Source: Sulfolobales archaeon HS-7
GTDB taxonomy: Archaea; Thermoproteota; Thermoprotei_A; Sulfolobales; Sulfolobaceae
Assembly (NCBI GenBank): GCA_019704295.1
Contig: AP024596.1
Span: 608,001-672,000 of the forward strand
Direction of reading: 5' to 3'
DNA length: 64,000 nucleotides
Shown: one piece after another, positions 9,294-20,299 of the stretch
Layout of the letters: each line of letters starts with the position of its first letter
How positions within the stretch are numbered: the stretch's first letter is position 1
Notes under the pieces: generated by a model
What the model was told of the DNA's origin: nothing
Database searches by the model: none
Seen by the model: the letters and a program-made list of their open reading frames with translations, nothing else
Position numbers and translations under genes: made by a program

Positions 9294-10034
9294 ATGAATA
9301 AAGAGCTATATAAAGATAGGGTATCTGCCCTTGTTGACGTTATGGGTACTGTCTTAAAACAATGGCCAAGTATTGATAGGGATAACGTAATAAAAATCCT
9401 TGAGGAAACTTATAAAAGTAAGGGGATAAGACCGATTAGAGGCTTTAGAGCAGAGAATCTCTACGAAAAGGAAATGACCAGCTTGTACCTTATAGGAAAA
9501 TATGGATTAGGTCTTGCTGAAGAACACGATCAACTTTTTCAATTAATTTTTTATAGGGAGATTAAATACGACGAGATAGCAACCGCTTTAATTAACGGAA
9601 ATGTTGAAACCGGAATTAGAGATTCAATGAACGACTCCGATACTCTATCACGGGCATTGAGATTGATTTTCATTTCGACACTCTTTTCATTTCAGGATGA
9701 GGAAGCGCTATTTAGAGTTATTAGAGAATTAGGAAACAACGCTAACGAGGAGATCCGACATGTTTCGAGGAGTTTTGCTAGGTTTTTCACCGCCTTTAAA
9801 ATAGCAGAAGCCATAGCTGAAAGAACAGTAAGGGATAAGGTTACAGCCGAGGTTCTGGAGAAAGCTATAAGGATACGACTTGGAGCCGACTTCTTCTACC
9901 CGAAAAGAGAATACATAGCGCTAATAGCTAGGGAGGTTTTCGGCATAAATCCAAAGTACTTAAGGCGTGTTCTCGACTCAGATGGTTCAGAATTACTACA
10001 GAAAACTGTTTACAATTCTGGAAGAGAGAGTTGA
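9294..10034 (+). CDS. DUF2192-like conserved crenarchaeal protein
   Basis: IRPIRG...LYEKEMTSLYLIGKYGLGL motif. Confidence 0.7.
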   Translation: MNKELYKDRVSALVDVMGTVLKQWPSIDRDNVIKILEETYKSKGIRPIRGFRAENLYEKEMTSLYLIGKYGLGLAEEHDQLFQLIFYREIKYDEIATALINGNVETGIRDSMNDSDTLSRALRLIFISTLFSFQDEEALFRVIRELGNNANEEIRHVSRSFARFFTAFKIAEAIAERTVRDKVTAEVLEKAIRIRLGADFFYPKREYIALIAREVFGINPKYLRRVLDSDGSELLQKTVYNSGRES

Positions 10035-10107
10035 CTCCGACCCCCGGCTAACTTTTTGTTTCAATCCCATATCCTAACGTAAACTCTACCTAGTCATAAC
10101 GGAGAGG

Positions 10108-10397
10108 TTTTACCACGTCAAGGTAAGGATTTCCTGCTTCACACCTCCACTTTGCCCAGGGGACTCCTTAGGCATTAAGGGTAGCACCGACTTCGAGTTA
10201 ACATGATGGCGTTCTGAGGACCGTTGATTAGAGACGAGGCGTACCGCAGTGACCCCCGCTTAGGCGTCCCGATTACGCTTACTCCATCAATGAGTATGAT
10301 TGATATGTTGCCTGCGAACCAATATTTAAACTAATACGAAAAGGGTCATCCATCCTCAAAGGTCTTCAGCCCACTTAACCCCCTATTAAAATATAAA
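10108..10397 (-). mobile_element. SMN1-like IS200/IS605 MITE, copy 3
   Basis: Shared blocks TTCCTGCTTCAC, GAGGCGTACC, ACGCTTACTCCATCAATGA and TGCGAACC.ATATTTAAAC; ends ATAAA. Confidence 0.75.
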
Positions 10398-10462
10398 CCG
10401 TCTTCGTTCTGAGGAAAATATTTAATAATTTTTTCAGACTATTCACTTAATGTGAATTATAA

Positions 10463-11365
10463 TTGCAAAATCTTTCAATGACGCAAAGAGAAATTTTACT
10501 AGCCTTAATAGAACTGTATAACAAAGGGAAATCAATGATTAAGAGCAAGGAGGTTGCAGATATGATAGGCAAAGACGAAGGCACTGTAAGAAATGTTATT
10601 ATCAGTTTAAAGGTTCTAGGATTAGTTGAATCAAAGCCCGGTCCCAATGGCGGATACATGCCGACACTTAAAGCCTTCGAGTATATAAGGAATCCAAGTG
10701 TAGTTCCTGTTTACGATAAATTGAGCATTTATAGGAATGGTATAGAGACTGACATTAAAGTTTCCAATATTGAGATCCTAGACATAACTAACCCTAAGGG
10801 AAATAGAGTTCTACTAAAAGTAACTGGCGATATAGGAAAACTGAGGATTGGAGAAACTATAAGGATAGGACCAACACCTTACAGTAGGCTTGTGGTTGAG
10901 GGACTTATCATGCATATTGATGAAGTTAGAAAGGAGATAATAATTGACGTATCGAGGATGGTTAGCATACCTAAGGAAAGGATAGGAAACTTATTGTCTA
11001 GGAAATTAATAACAGTTAAAGGGGACATGAGCATAATGGACGTTGCATCAACTTTCTACAGAGAGGCTATCAGAGGAGCTCCAGTAGTCAATAACGACGG
11101 AAAGTTAGTTGGAATTATAACAACTGCAGATATAATGAAAGCCTTTTATGAGAGAAAGTTTGATGCCAAAGTTGAAGATTTTATGAGAACTAATGTAATT
11201 ACGATTACAGAGGATGAGGACATATTCGACGCAATAAGGAAAATGATAGCAAACGAGGTTGGAAGACTTTTAGTAGTGAGCAATAGCAATTCGCTTGTGG
11301 GCATTATAACCAGGACTGACATTCTGAGAAGGATAGCTGGTCTCGAGGGAAGCTGGGCCATATGA
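10463..11365 (+). CDS. HTH transcriptional regulator with CBS domain pair
   Basis: N-terminal wHTH (ESKPGPNGGY); C-terminal tandem CBS (LVGIIT..D). Confidence 0.85.
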   Translation: MQNLSMTQREILLALIELYNKGKSMIKSKEVADMIGKDEGTVRNVIISLKVLGLVESKPGPNGGYMPTLKAFEYIRNPSVVPVYDKLSIYRNGIETDIKVSNIEILDITNPKGNRVLLKVTGDIGKLRIGETIRIGPTPYSRLVVEGLIMHIDEVRKEIIIDVSRMVSIPKERIGNLLSRKLITVKGDMSIMDVASTFYREAIRGAPVVNNDGKLVGIITTADIMKAFYERKFDAKVEDFMRTNVITITEDEDIFDAIRKMIANEVGRLLVVSNSNSLVGIITRTDILRRIAGLEGSWAI

Positions 11366-11685
11366 AGGAGAGATGTTGGTTACTTCTAGATGATGGAGTT
11401 ATAGAAGTAAGTAACAAAAGTGAAAATGGCTTTTCATTTGATCCTGAGGAATTTCATGATGTATTGACCAACCATAAGGTTCTCGGAATAATTCATACCC
11501 ACGAAAAGAATTGTGCTCCCAGTATTCATGATATTGAGGGCATGATGTGGTGGAATTTCCCGTGGATTATTATGGCGCCTACATGCATTAAGGGATATAT
11601 TTTAGATTTGGGTGTAAAGGAGATTAACATTAATCCCTTTTTTCTTGAGATGCTCAAGGACCTTTTCATGAAGCTGAGCGATTAA
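11362..11685 (+). CDS. JAMM/MPN+ metalloprotease family protein
   Basis: N-terminal Glu and IHTHxxxCAPSxHD motif. Confidence 0.75.
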   Translation: MKERCWLLLDDGVIEVSNKSENGFSFDPEEFHDVLTNHKVLGIIHTHEKNCAPSIHDIEGMMWWNFPWIIMAPTCIKGYILDLGVKEININPFFLEMLKDLFMKLSD

Positions 11686-14232
11686 GTTCCTTTTATCAGA
11701 AGCTAGCACTACATCCGAATATTCCTTTATAATTATTGAATGAGCAAATGGACTCGGCACCTCCTCTGGACCAGTTGTTACAATGCTTATTTCTTTATTG
11801 GCAATTTTTTTCATTATTTCCTTAGCGTGAGCTATATCCATATAGTCTTCCAGTATTTCCCTTATCGTCTCCTTTAAAACCGGAAAGTTTGGTATATCCT
11901 TTACTACGTTTATCAGAGTATAAGAATTAAGTTGCCTTCTTTCGATGCTAGTTTCCCTTCCTTTATATCTCTTCAGTAACATGAAAGATCTTTCTGCAAC
12001 GTGTCTAAATCTCCTCCTTAACATTTCAGTCCTAAGTATAACGTTGGCTAAAACTTCCTCCGCATCACTCGTAACTGACCACGTTATAATATCATTGATA
12101 TTAACGTTAATCCTACCAGGAAGGGTTAATACAAATCCATTATCGTTAACTCCTATCCTTACGTCTACGCCATACTCGTTACTTATCGCATATGCAAAGA
12201 TTTTTGAAATGGCTTCAACAGTTCTTCTACCGAAAAGCATGTGAAATATGAGGTTTCTATTTCCTTCACTATCATCGTAAATCTCTACCACTATTGTTTT
12301 TTCTGAAGGGACTATACCATTAGTAAACAAGAATTGTTCTCCCACATATTCAAAAATAGCCCTTGCTGAATTCATCGTCAGTTGATAATTATCGACAATG
12401 TAGTTTATGATCTCCTTAGGATTTACTCCCTTCTTGATCATATCTCCTATTTCGCCCCGAAATTTACCTATTTCTAATGCCGAATCGTAAGCTAAAGGTA
12501 ACATTTCGGAGATCCAGCTGGGAACCGTGGGCCTTTTTCCCATTGCGTCTCTTATTATAATTGAACTTCCCTTACTAGTTAGGAATTGATACGTTTTACC
12601 CCCGAGCACAAAAATATCTCCCGGTACTAAATTTTCGACGAATTCCTCCTCTAGCGTTCCTATGACTTTTCCTTTCTCATCTCTAGCCAAAATCTTAGTT
12701 TCGTCAGGGATAGTTCCACTATTCATGAAAAACATCATTCTAAGTCCTCTCTTGTTTTTTAAGATACCCGCGTCCTCTCTGAGTTTCGAATATACATTCC
12801 TATCCTCTAAGGAATAGTCTCCTAAAAGGTAACTTATTACACTATCAAAATCCTTCCGCGGCAGTTCGGAAAATGTGTAGCTTTTCTTTAACACCTGAAA
12901 CAACTCGTCCTTATTAGGAGTTGACGCAAGAGTAGCAACTATAATAAGTTGAGTTAGGACGTCCAAGGGATTTCTAGGTATATGGATACTATCTATCTTT
13001 CTTTCTAAAGCCAGTTTTGCGAGAACGGAGCACTCTACTAAATCATCCCTATCAACAACTATTATCTTTCCCTTACTAGTCGTCCTTATATGATGACCAG
13101 ATCTGCCTATTCTTTGAAGAAGACGGCTTACGCTTTTAGGACTACTTAACAGAATCACTATATCGATATAGCCTATATCTATCCCCAATTCTAGACTTGT
13201 AGACGAAACAACTACTTTTAATTGTCCATTCTTTAATTTCTCCTCAACGTCAAGTCTTACATCCCTGCCTAGACTACTGTGATGGGCTCCAACTAAATCA
13301 GAATCGAAAAGTTTCTCCTCTGAAACGATATTTCTCAACTTATACGATACTCGTTCAGCTGCACTTCTAGTGTTTGTAAAGACTAGGGTAGTTCTATGCT
13401 TTTTCACCTCCTCTATAAGCGTACTATATATTCCCTCACTAACTTCCTGATCGTCGGCGTGAATTAAATCCTTAACAGGGGACATTACCTTAATGTCTAT
13501 GGGTTTTGCGAACCTAGCATCGGCAATTAGACAATCCCTATCAATCCCTACTAAAAACTCGGCGACTTTTTCTAAGGGGGAAACAGTAGCGCTCAATCCT
13601 ATTCTTGCAAAGGGGCTTTTTGAGAGATAATGTGAGAATATTTCAATCCCCCCCATGAGGTAACTTCCCCTCTTACTACTCGCTAGTTCATGGATCTCGT
13701 CTATCACAAACCAATTAACGTTAGTTAGTTTTTCCTTAAACTTTAATGAAGCAAGGGATATTACAAACGACTCGGGTGTTGTTATTAGGATATGCGGGGG
13801 ATTTCTTAACATCTTTTGCTTCTGATAAGAGGGAGTATCGCTTGTTCTTACTCCTATTCTTATTTCTTGAAGTTTTATTGAATTAGCTTCTGCAATCTGA
13901 TATATTTCATTAAGGGGCTGTAACAGGTTTCTATTCATATCGTTATTTAAAGCCCTTAGCGGAGATATGTAAACTGCGTAAATTTTATCTTCTAGTCTTC
14001 CCTCTTGCGCTAGAGTTATCAATTCATCAATTATTCCTAAAAATGCGGAAAGAGTTTTCCCAGTTCCAGTAGGACTTGATATAAGAATATTCTGCCTCCC
14101 CTTAATCGGTAATATGCTCATTTTTTGCGGCATAGTAAAGTCGGTGTACCTTTCCTTGAACCACCTTGAGATAATGGGATTTAGCTCTTTGTAAATCGAA
14201 GAACTACGTACGGGTTCAGCGAATTCAATCAT
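11602..14232 (-). CDS. lhr: Lhr-family SF2 helicase
   Basis: SPTGTGKT, DEIHE, SAT, QRIGRSGH and GTIPD motifs; C-terminal PSPFA. Confidence 0.93.
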   Translation of the reverse strand: MIEFAEPVRSSSIYKELNPIISRWFKERYTDFTMPQKMSILPIKGRQNILISSPTGTGKTLSAFLGIIDELITLAQEGRLEDKIYAVYISPLRALNNDMNRNLLQPLNEIYQIAEANSIKLQEIRIGVRTSDTPSYQKQKMLRNPPHILITTPESFVISLASLKFKEKLTNVNWFVIDEIHELASSKRGSYLMGGIEIFSHYLSKSPFARIGLSATVSPLEKVAEFLVGIDRDCLIADARFAKPIDIKVMSPVKDLIHADDQEVSEGIYSTLIEEVKKHRTTLVFTNTRSAAERVSYKLRNIVSEEKLFDSDLVGAHHSSLGRDVRLDVEEKLKNGQLKVVVSSTSLELGIDIGYIDIVILLSSPKSVSRLLQRIGRSGHHIRTTSKGKIIVVDRDDLVECSVLAKLALERKIDSIHIPRNPLDVLTQLIIVATLASTPNKDELFQVLKKSYTFSELPRKDFDSVISYLLGDYSLEDRNVYSKLREDAGILKNKRGLRMMFFMNSGTIPDETKILARDEKGKVIGTLEEEFVENLVPGDIFVLGGKTYQFLTSKGSSIIIRDAMGKRPTVPSWISEMLPLAYDSALEIGKFRGEIGDMIKKGVNPKEIINYIVDNYQLTMNSARAIFEYVGEQFLFTNGIVPSEKTIVVEIYDDSEGNRNLIFHMLFGRRTVEAISKIFAYAISNEYGVDVRIGVNDNGFVLTLPGRINVNINDIITWSVTSDAEEVLANVILRTEMLRRRFRHVAERSFMLLKRYKGRETSIERRQLNSYTLINVVKDIPNFPVLKETIREILEDYMDIAHAKEIMKKIANKEISIVTTGPEEVPSPFAHSIIIKEYSDVVLASDKRNLIAQLHEKVLEHLKKKGINVNLLYTQI

Positions 14233-14366
14233 TATGAATCAGTTTTTCCCCAGGCTAAAAAGGCTTGACATGAAAACTTCTTAAACCTTTGCGTACGACT
14301 TCAATTAAGTTATACTACTACTTTTTAGAAAGATTTTTATTTAGTTTTTGGTTAAATCATTATATT

Positions 14367-14750
14367 ATGGAAACAATGAAATTTGAGAAATCAAAGGTAA
14401 GACTCCCCTCAGGAAAAGAGGTAAGCGTTTCGGAAGCACTAAAATTTTGCTACGATTTATCTGATACGGATATACAAGTGCTCCAAGTCTTATCTAAGAC
14501 AGAATATAAAAGCGAGGATGAGATCTCCAATTCACTAAAACTAAGCAAGGCCTCCGTAAATAGAAGCCTAAATAAACTGTTATCTACAGGGTTTTGTGAC
14601 AGGATGAAAGATCAAAACTCAAAGGGAGGGAGACCTAGATACTTATATAAGGCGCTTAGCACTGAAATGTTCATAGAGAAGATAACACGTGACCTTAATT
14701 CCTGTGCAGATATATTTTCTCATGCCCTACCTCAACTTATCGGCAGTTAG
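14367..14750 (+). CDS. Lrs14/AbfR1-family winged-HTH DNA-binding protein
   Basis: RLPSGKEV...FCYDLSDTD...GGRPRYLY; start moved to the ATG at 14367. Confidence 0.8.
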   Translation: METMKFEKSKVRLPSGKEVSVSEALKFCYDLSDTDIQVLQVLSKTEYKSEDEISNSLKLSKASVNRSLNKLLSTGFCDRMKDQNSKGGRPRYLYKALSTEMFIEKITRDLNSCADIFSHALPQLIGS

Positions 14751-14892
14751 TGACGAACCTAGTGGGTTCTTGCCTAAAGGCTAGTAGACATAATTCTGTG
14801 TCAAAATAGTATATCATATCATTACGCGGTTCTCTATACGGCGTACATTCGGCTTCGAATAGCCTATTACATACAGGACATACTACTTTCAT
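14737..14892 (-). CDS. Small YHS/TRASH-like metal-binding protein (not in ORF track)
   Basis: [51 protein letters not shown], 51 aa. Confidence 0.7.
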   Translation of the reverse strand: MKVVCPVCNRLFEAECTPYREPRNDMIYYFDTELCLLAFRQEPTRFVTNCR

Positions 14893-14948
14893 ATTCCCAA
14901 ACAAAATATATCTCATTAGTTAAATAATAGATTAACGCTGCTGCTAAC

Positions 14949-15626
14949 GGTTTTTGATAGAGTGTAAAATTTATCTTATTTCATCACAAATTTCATATGA
15001 TGTTGAGACCTAGAGAAGTGTGAAAGTGTCTAGGCACTCCATACTCCGCCTCTAGCACAACTATGGGAAAGGTTAGTCCAGAAACTTACATGTATCAACG
15101 TCGTAGACCTTGACGCTCTTACCCTAGGACAACTTGGACCTCTTTAGACCAAACCATTGTAGGGAATAATTATCCTCACGGCTAGTGCTACATGTTTTCC
15201 TCGAGGAAGTAGCTATACAGTCTTGAGAAAGGAATTGGGTTAAAGATGAGCAGAATAAGGTCGTTCGTATAGAGGAGTATTCAAAGTGTGTTGAAGTACA
15301 AGGCTCCTCTTTACGCTCCTTCAAGAAGAAGGTAAATCCTCGTCCAACCTCTGAGTCCTCCCGCTGTGGACGACTTTCCCCAATTGTCGGCGGGAATTTT
15401 AAGTGTGAGAGTTACAAATTCACTTTAGATAGACAACTAAACTCTTCCATAAACATATAGATCAAGATGTGTGGGTTTCCCCACGTCCCTGAACACCTCG
15501 GACGTGGGTCGGGGGGTTATCCTGCTGAAGGGATGGAGGAACGGGGCAATCCCCCGTAACTTCGGTAAAGTCCAAGGGCAGAGGATTAGATATAAATTCA
15601 TGAAAATTTTATGAAGCCAAAACCCC
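14949..15626 (+). mobile_element. Internally deleted IS607-family element
   Basis: 5' MLRPREV.. serine-resolvase start plus decayed tnpB 3' end (LDRQLN..KMCGFPHVP); both ends align with the copy at 55909-57801. Confidence 0.8.
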
Positions 15627-15636
15627 TAGAAAGTCT

Positions 15637-16182
15637 TCACCACGGCATAGCGACTTTTAATTTTGTAGTGTTGTCACCAACTAATACCTCAATCCTTACT
15701 GTTCCACAATCCTTCCGCAGTGATATATACTGTTCTGTAGCTCTAACTTTAAGTGGAGAGCAACCTTTTATTTCCCTTAGTTTTGAGGTATAAAAAGGAT
15801 TTCTTATTTTCCTAATTGCAGAGTTATACGCTTTATCGAATAATTGATTTAGGTCATTGCTTTGATATTTCCTCTTCATTATGACCTTTATTTCGATAGC
15901 GTCCTCGGAATAAGTGATACTCACATTGTCATTGGTTTTCCTTACAATAGTAGTCGATGCCAACAGTATTACGGGTTGTGAGATTATAATGGGGAGGAAA
16001 AAACTTTTTAAAAAAATATATAGTATAACTCCGCCCATAAGCGAAGGAATTAAAGAAAGTGATATATATATGATAGCTTCCTTTAACTCATAGCTAAAAT
16101 TCCCTATAAGGTAACCAGCTATTGCTGGCCCAAAAAAAGGTACAGTAGATGATGGTATCGCTAGCAATCTTCGATCTAGCAT
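15637..16182 (-). CDS. Hypothetical membrane protein
   Basis: N-terminal hydrophobic segments (PFFGPAIAGYLIG) and a soluble C-terminus. Confidence 0.6.
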   Translation of the reverse strand: MLDRRLLAIPSSTVPFFGPAIAGYLIGNFSYELKEAIIYISLSLIPSLMGGVILYIFLKSFFLPIIISQPVILLASTTIVRKTNDNVSITYSEDAIEIKVIMKRKYQSNDLNQLFDKAYNSAIRKIRNPFYTSKLREIKGCSPLKVRATEQYISLRKDCGTVRIEVLVGDNTTKLKVAMPW

Positions 16183-16245
16183 AGTTAGTAATATAGTGGT
16201 AATACAACCTTAAAAATATTCATAATAACTTGTTTTCGATCTTTT

Positions 16246-17010
16246 ATGGATACTATATCTGCAAAGGACGAGGGAGAAATATTCTGGGTATATTTAGATC
16301 GAGAGAAAAAGAAGAACGCAATAAACACTCAAATGCTGAGGGAACTTCTGTACCAACTTGACGTTATCGAACAAAACGAAAAAGTAAAAGTCGTAGTTAT
16401 AACTGGTAAAGGAGATGTATTTTGCGCCGGTGCCGATATTAATGAATTTCTTAATTTAAATGTATTAAATGCATATGAATTTTCGAAATTAGGTAAATTG
16501 GTAACAGAAAGAATAGAGAAATCGGCAAAAATATACGTTGCATTAATTAATGGACATGCGTTCGGTGGAGGATTAGAACTAGCTATGGCGTGTGATTTAA
16601 GGATTTCCCAACTAAAATCGGAATTGGGTTTACCCGAGATTAAACTTGGAATATTTCCAGGATTCGGTGGCACGCAAAGGTTAGTGAAATTAGTCGGTAA
16701 GGGAAGGGCATTTGATATTATTCTAACGGGAAGGAGGATTACAGGAGAAGAAGCGAGGAATATAGGACTAGTTAACTACGTGTTTGGAGAAGAGGAATTC
16801 TATGATGAAAGCCTAAAGCTATTAAAAGAGTTAGCGGCTAAACCCATAGCTACGCTATCACTGATTAAAAGAGTAATCAACGACGGTTCGGATCTTCCAC
16901 TTCATTATGGACTATCCGTTGAGAGCTTAGCTTGGGGGATGACTTTTTCCAGGAGCGATATAAATGATGGATTTGAGGAATTTCTTAAAAGGAAGAAATA
17001 TAAATATTGA
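16246..17010 (+). CDS. Enoyl-CoA hydratase/crotonase family
   Basis: FCAGADI, GGGLELAMACD and PEIKLGIFPGFGGTQRL motifs. Confidence 0.92.
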   Translation: MDTISAKDEGEIFWVYLDREKKKNAINTQMLRELLYQLDVIEQNEKVKVVVITGKGDVFCAGADINEFLNLNVLNAYEFSKLGKLVTERIEKSAKIYVALINGHAFGGGLELAMACDLRISQLKSELGLPEIKLGIFPGFGGTQRLVKLVGKGRAFDIILTGRRITGEEARNIGLVNYVFGEEEFYDESLKLLKELAAKPIATLSLIKRVINDGSDLPLHYGLSVESLAWGMTFSRSDINDGFEEFLKRKKYKY

Positions 17011-17682
17011 TATTTGAGAAAATATAATATAGTTTTCTAACTATACAATGATTGGCTAAGATTTGAGATACTTAGAGTTAAAAGGATGTTTACATGATTC
17101 CAAGTTATAGTCCCTTAGAGCGAGATGCTTTCCACTAACACCATTAAGTTCTCAACATGCTAAAGGGGCGTAGCTAGTATTACTGATAGTATTATTCACA
17201 AAACTTAATATTATTTACAAAACTTTGATTTAACGTATCCACAAGAGGCATCCGTTCCCGTAATGGTCCCTTACATCCTGTACAATCCTTATTTTATATA
17301 ACCTCATTTTAAATGAAGATTGTTACCCCCTAAAATATGAAGACTATAACACGTTTACGTAACTTTTAATTACTTTTAATCATTTCTTAATATGATCTTT
17401 ATTAAGGTTACGTTTATATAGTGTTACCTTAATGACGTATATTGGTGAACTCCCTACTGATTACGGGATCTGCTCACGAGGTTTTAAGAGTGATAGATAG
17501 GAAAGTAGGGTATATGTGTTTCTCTCGACTAGCTCCAATGAGTTAAGGGTAACTGTGTATGATCCCTTAAGAGGAGTGCCCGCGGTGAATTAAAAGTAAA
17601 GGATAAGTTACACCACGGATAAACACGAATAAGATGGACCTTCACATATTTGAATTTTTATCTAGTTTAAAAAGTGATTATA

Positions 17683-19947
17683 TTATTGAACAAAACTCCA
17701 GAGAGTTACACTTACACTATTCATTGCCATTCCTATTGCCGCATATTGCGGGGGAAGAATTATGCCTAGCGAGTATAACATACCTGCAGCTATGGGTACC
17801 AAAATTGCATTATACGTTAATGCCCATATTATGTTTTCCTTAATCTTCCTTACTGTTTTAGATAATTGTCTCAGAAGAAACTTCAAAGATCCTAAGTTTG
17901 GTATTACCACATCACCTGCGTACTTTGCAATGTCTGTTCCGGTTGAAAGAGCTATACCAACGTCCGCTTCTTTCAGTGATTGGGCATCGTTTATTCCATC
18001 TCCGACAAACGCAACTCCTCCCTCTGATTTAAGCTTTTTAACTAGTTCTACCTTCTCCTCGGGAGATAGACCCTTTCTAAGTTCCACACCAATCTCCTGT
18101 GCAACTCTATCCGCATACAGACTTGAGTCGCCAGTTGCTATAACAATCTTATAACGTTTTTTCAAATCTCCTATTAACTCTCTTGCATCTTCTCTAATTG
18201 GATCGCTTAACCACAGGTCTGCGGAGATCTTCCAGTTAACACAGACTGAAACGTCGCCGCTAGTTTCCCCCTCACAGTTTCTCTTAATTAGTTCGGGCTT
18301 ACCTACGAGAACTTCAAAACCGTCTACTTTTCCATAGACTCCTCCTTCAATTTCCTCAAAATTTTCTACTCTATGTGCTGAAGATGATAATGTGGCTATT
18401 GCCCTCGCTATAGGATGACTACTCATCCTTTCAAGGGATGCCGCAAGTTCAAGTGTACCTGGAACGTATTCCTGAAACTTCCTCACCTCTATTTCTCCTT
18501 TAGTTATAGTCCCAGTCTTATCAAACACAAAGGTTCTAACATTCTTAAGTTTCTCCAGGCTCTCGCCGTTCTTCACTATAATCCCCTTTTTAAGAAGCCT
18601 TCTGATACCAATAATTACTGCCATAGGCGTTGCTAATCCAAAACCACATGGGCACGCCGAGGCCAAAATCGCCACAGCTATTAACACCGAGAATGTCAAA
18701 GTCTGATGCATAATGTAAAACCATACGACGAAGGAAATTAACGATATTAAGATAATTGACGGCACGAATACGAAAGATATCTTGTCTGTCAGATCCTGTA
18801 TGGGCATTCTCACTGTCTCTGCTTCCCTCAAGGCCTCAATTACCTGAGCCATGTAGGTCCTGTCCCCTGCTCTTGTAACATATATCGAAAGAAATCCAGA
18901 AACTAGCGTAGAACCCCCTATAACGGGATCGCCCTTGACCTTCTTTACCGCTGAAGGCTCTCCAGTATAAATTGATTCTACAATGTACCCCTCACCATCA
19001 TCAACGATTCCGTCTGAAGGCACGAGTTCCCCTGACTTAACGATAACTACATCTCCGACCTTTAGCTTCCTTGAGTCTACTATCTCCCCAGTGGATTTTC
19101 TGGCCTTAATAGATTGAAGGGTTATTATATCCCTATTTGACATCTCCTTGATATAAGCCTCTAGCGTTTTCCCTGCAAGGATGAATGTTACTAGAAGGGA
19201 CGCAGAGTCGAAAAAGTACCCTGAATGCAGGATTAGAAAGGATAGTAAGCTGTAAACCCATGCCGTTAGCGAGGAAAGGGAAACTAAGACATCCATATTC
19301 ATTGTCTTATTTCTAATAGCCCTGTACGCCCCTAGGTGAAATCTCATCCCTGAGAAGAATACCACAGGAATGGATAGGAGCAGTTGAAGTATAGGAATTC
19401 CAATTAAGGTAAAGGGAGAGACGAGTGCGCCTACAAGGAGATAAAGTAAGAGTTTCCTTACTTCACTTGACTTAGATAACTTCTCTTCAGCGATATCAAG
19501 TTTATACCCCTTTTTCCTAATTTCCTCTTGAATTCTTTCAGAGGAAGTCGTCATTGGGTTAAACTCCACTATAACGATTCCCGAGCTGGGGTTAATTTTG
19601 GCCGATACTACTCCATCCAATTCCTCAATAAATTGTCTAAGTCTAGTAGATTCCTCTTCACTTACTATAACTTTTCCCGTAAATTTCTGAAGAGCTACAT
19701 CATAACCTGCTTTCCTAATTGCGGAGACTACGTCCTTTAACTTGCCTCCTTCCAATACTACTTTGGCGTTTCCTGATGCTAGATTAACTCTAGTATCCTT
19801 AACACCCTGAATTGCCGAAATAGCCTTAGTTAGAGTAACCTCACATGTAGCACAATGCATACCAAGAATCCTTAATTCTTCCTCCCTCCTTAACCTAAGA
19901 GGATTAGCCAACACGTCATCCGTAGGCTTCTTATCGTGATCACCCAT
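17683..19947 (-). CDS. copA: Cu(I)-transporting P1B-type ATPase
   Basis: GMHCATC HMA domain; TGEP, CPC, DKTGT and GDGIND; YN and MxxxS motifs. Confidence 0.93.
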   Translation of the reverse strand: MGDHDKKPTDDVLANPLRLRREEELRILGMHCATCEVTLTKAISAIQGVKDTRVNLASGNAKVVLEGGKLKDVVSAIRKAGYDVALQKFTGKVIVSEEESTRLRQFIEELDGVVSAKINPSSGIVIVEFNPMTTSSERIQEEIRKKGYKLDIAEEKLSKSSEVRKLLLYLLVGALVSPFTLIGIPILQLLLSIPVVFFSGMRFHLGAYRAIRNKTMNMDVLVSLSSLTAWVYSLLSFLILHSGYFFDSASLLVTFILAGKTLEAYIKEMSNRDIITLQSIKARKSTGEIVDSRKLKVGDVVIVKSGELVPSDGIVDDGEGYIVESIYTGEPSAVKKVKGDPVIGGSTLVSGFLSIYVTRAGDRTYMAQVIEALREAETVRMPIQDLTDKISFVFVPSIILISLISFVVWFYIMHQTLTFSVLIAVAILASACPCGFGLATPMAVIIGIRRLLKKGIIVKNGESLEKLKNVRTFVFDKTGTITKGEIEVRKFQEYVPGTLELAASLERMSSHPIARAIATLSSSAHRVENFEEIEGGVYGKVDGFEVLVGKPELIKRNCEGETSGDVSVCVNWKISADLWLSDPIREDARELIGDLKKRYKIVIATGDSSLYADRVAQEIGVELRKGLSPEEKVELVKKLKSEGGVAFVGDGINDAQSLKEADVGIALSTGTDIAKYAGDVVIPNLGSLKFLLRQLSKTVRKIKENIIWALTYNAILVPIAAGMLYSLGIILPPQYAAIGMAMNSVSVTLWSFVQ

Positions 19948-20018
19948 TTCACATTCCTCTGTAGCCCTTTACGTGTTTATAACAAAGAATTAGTCGTTTG
20001 CTCTCAGATATCATTCAA

Positions 20019-20183
20019 CTAGTTGTCGGGCATGCCCTTTGGACCTTCCTTGATATACACCTCTGGATTCTTCTCAAATTCAACCTTGCAATGAGAACTA
20101 CAGAAGTAATATATTTTGCCCTTATACATAGTCTTGTAGTTAGACGTTTCCCCTACTTCCATTCCACATACGGGATCCTTCAT
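20019..20183 (-). CDS. copT: Copper chaperone (YHS/TRASH; CopT/CopM)
   Basis: [10 protein letters not shown]...YYFCSSHC; directly upstream of copA. Confidence 0.85.
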   Translation of the reverse strand: MKDPVCGMEVGETSNYKTMYKGKIYYFCSSHCKVEFEKNPEVYIKEGPKGMPDN

Positions 20184-20299
20184 AAGTGATCGTGTTAAAA
20201 TCTGATTCAAAGCTTAAATTCCCATCGTGTACACTATCTATTGTTTTCGAAATGCGTGGGTCAAAGTGACATATAGAAGGAGAACCAGGGTGAACAGAG

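Noticed and set aside
17011-17680. Long intergenic region containing a stop-interrupted short ORF (~17432-17593)
   Set aside because: No recognisable motif or repeat partner, so a feature call cannot be supported.
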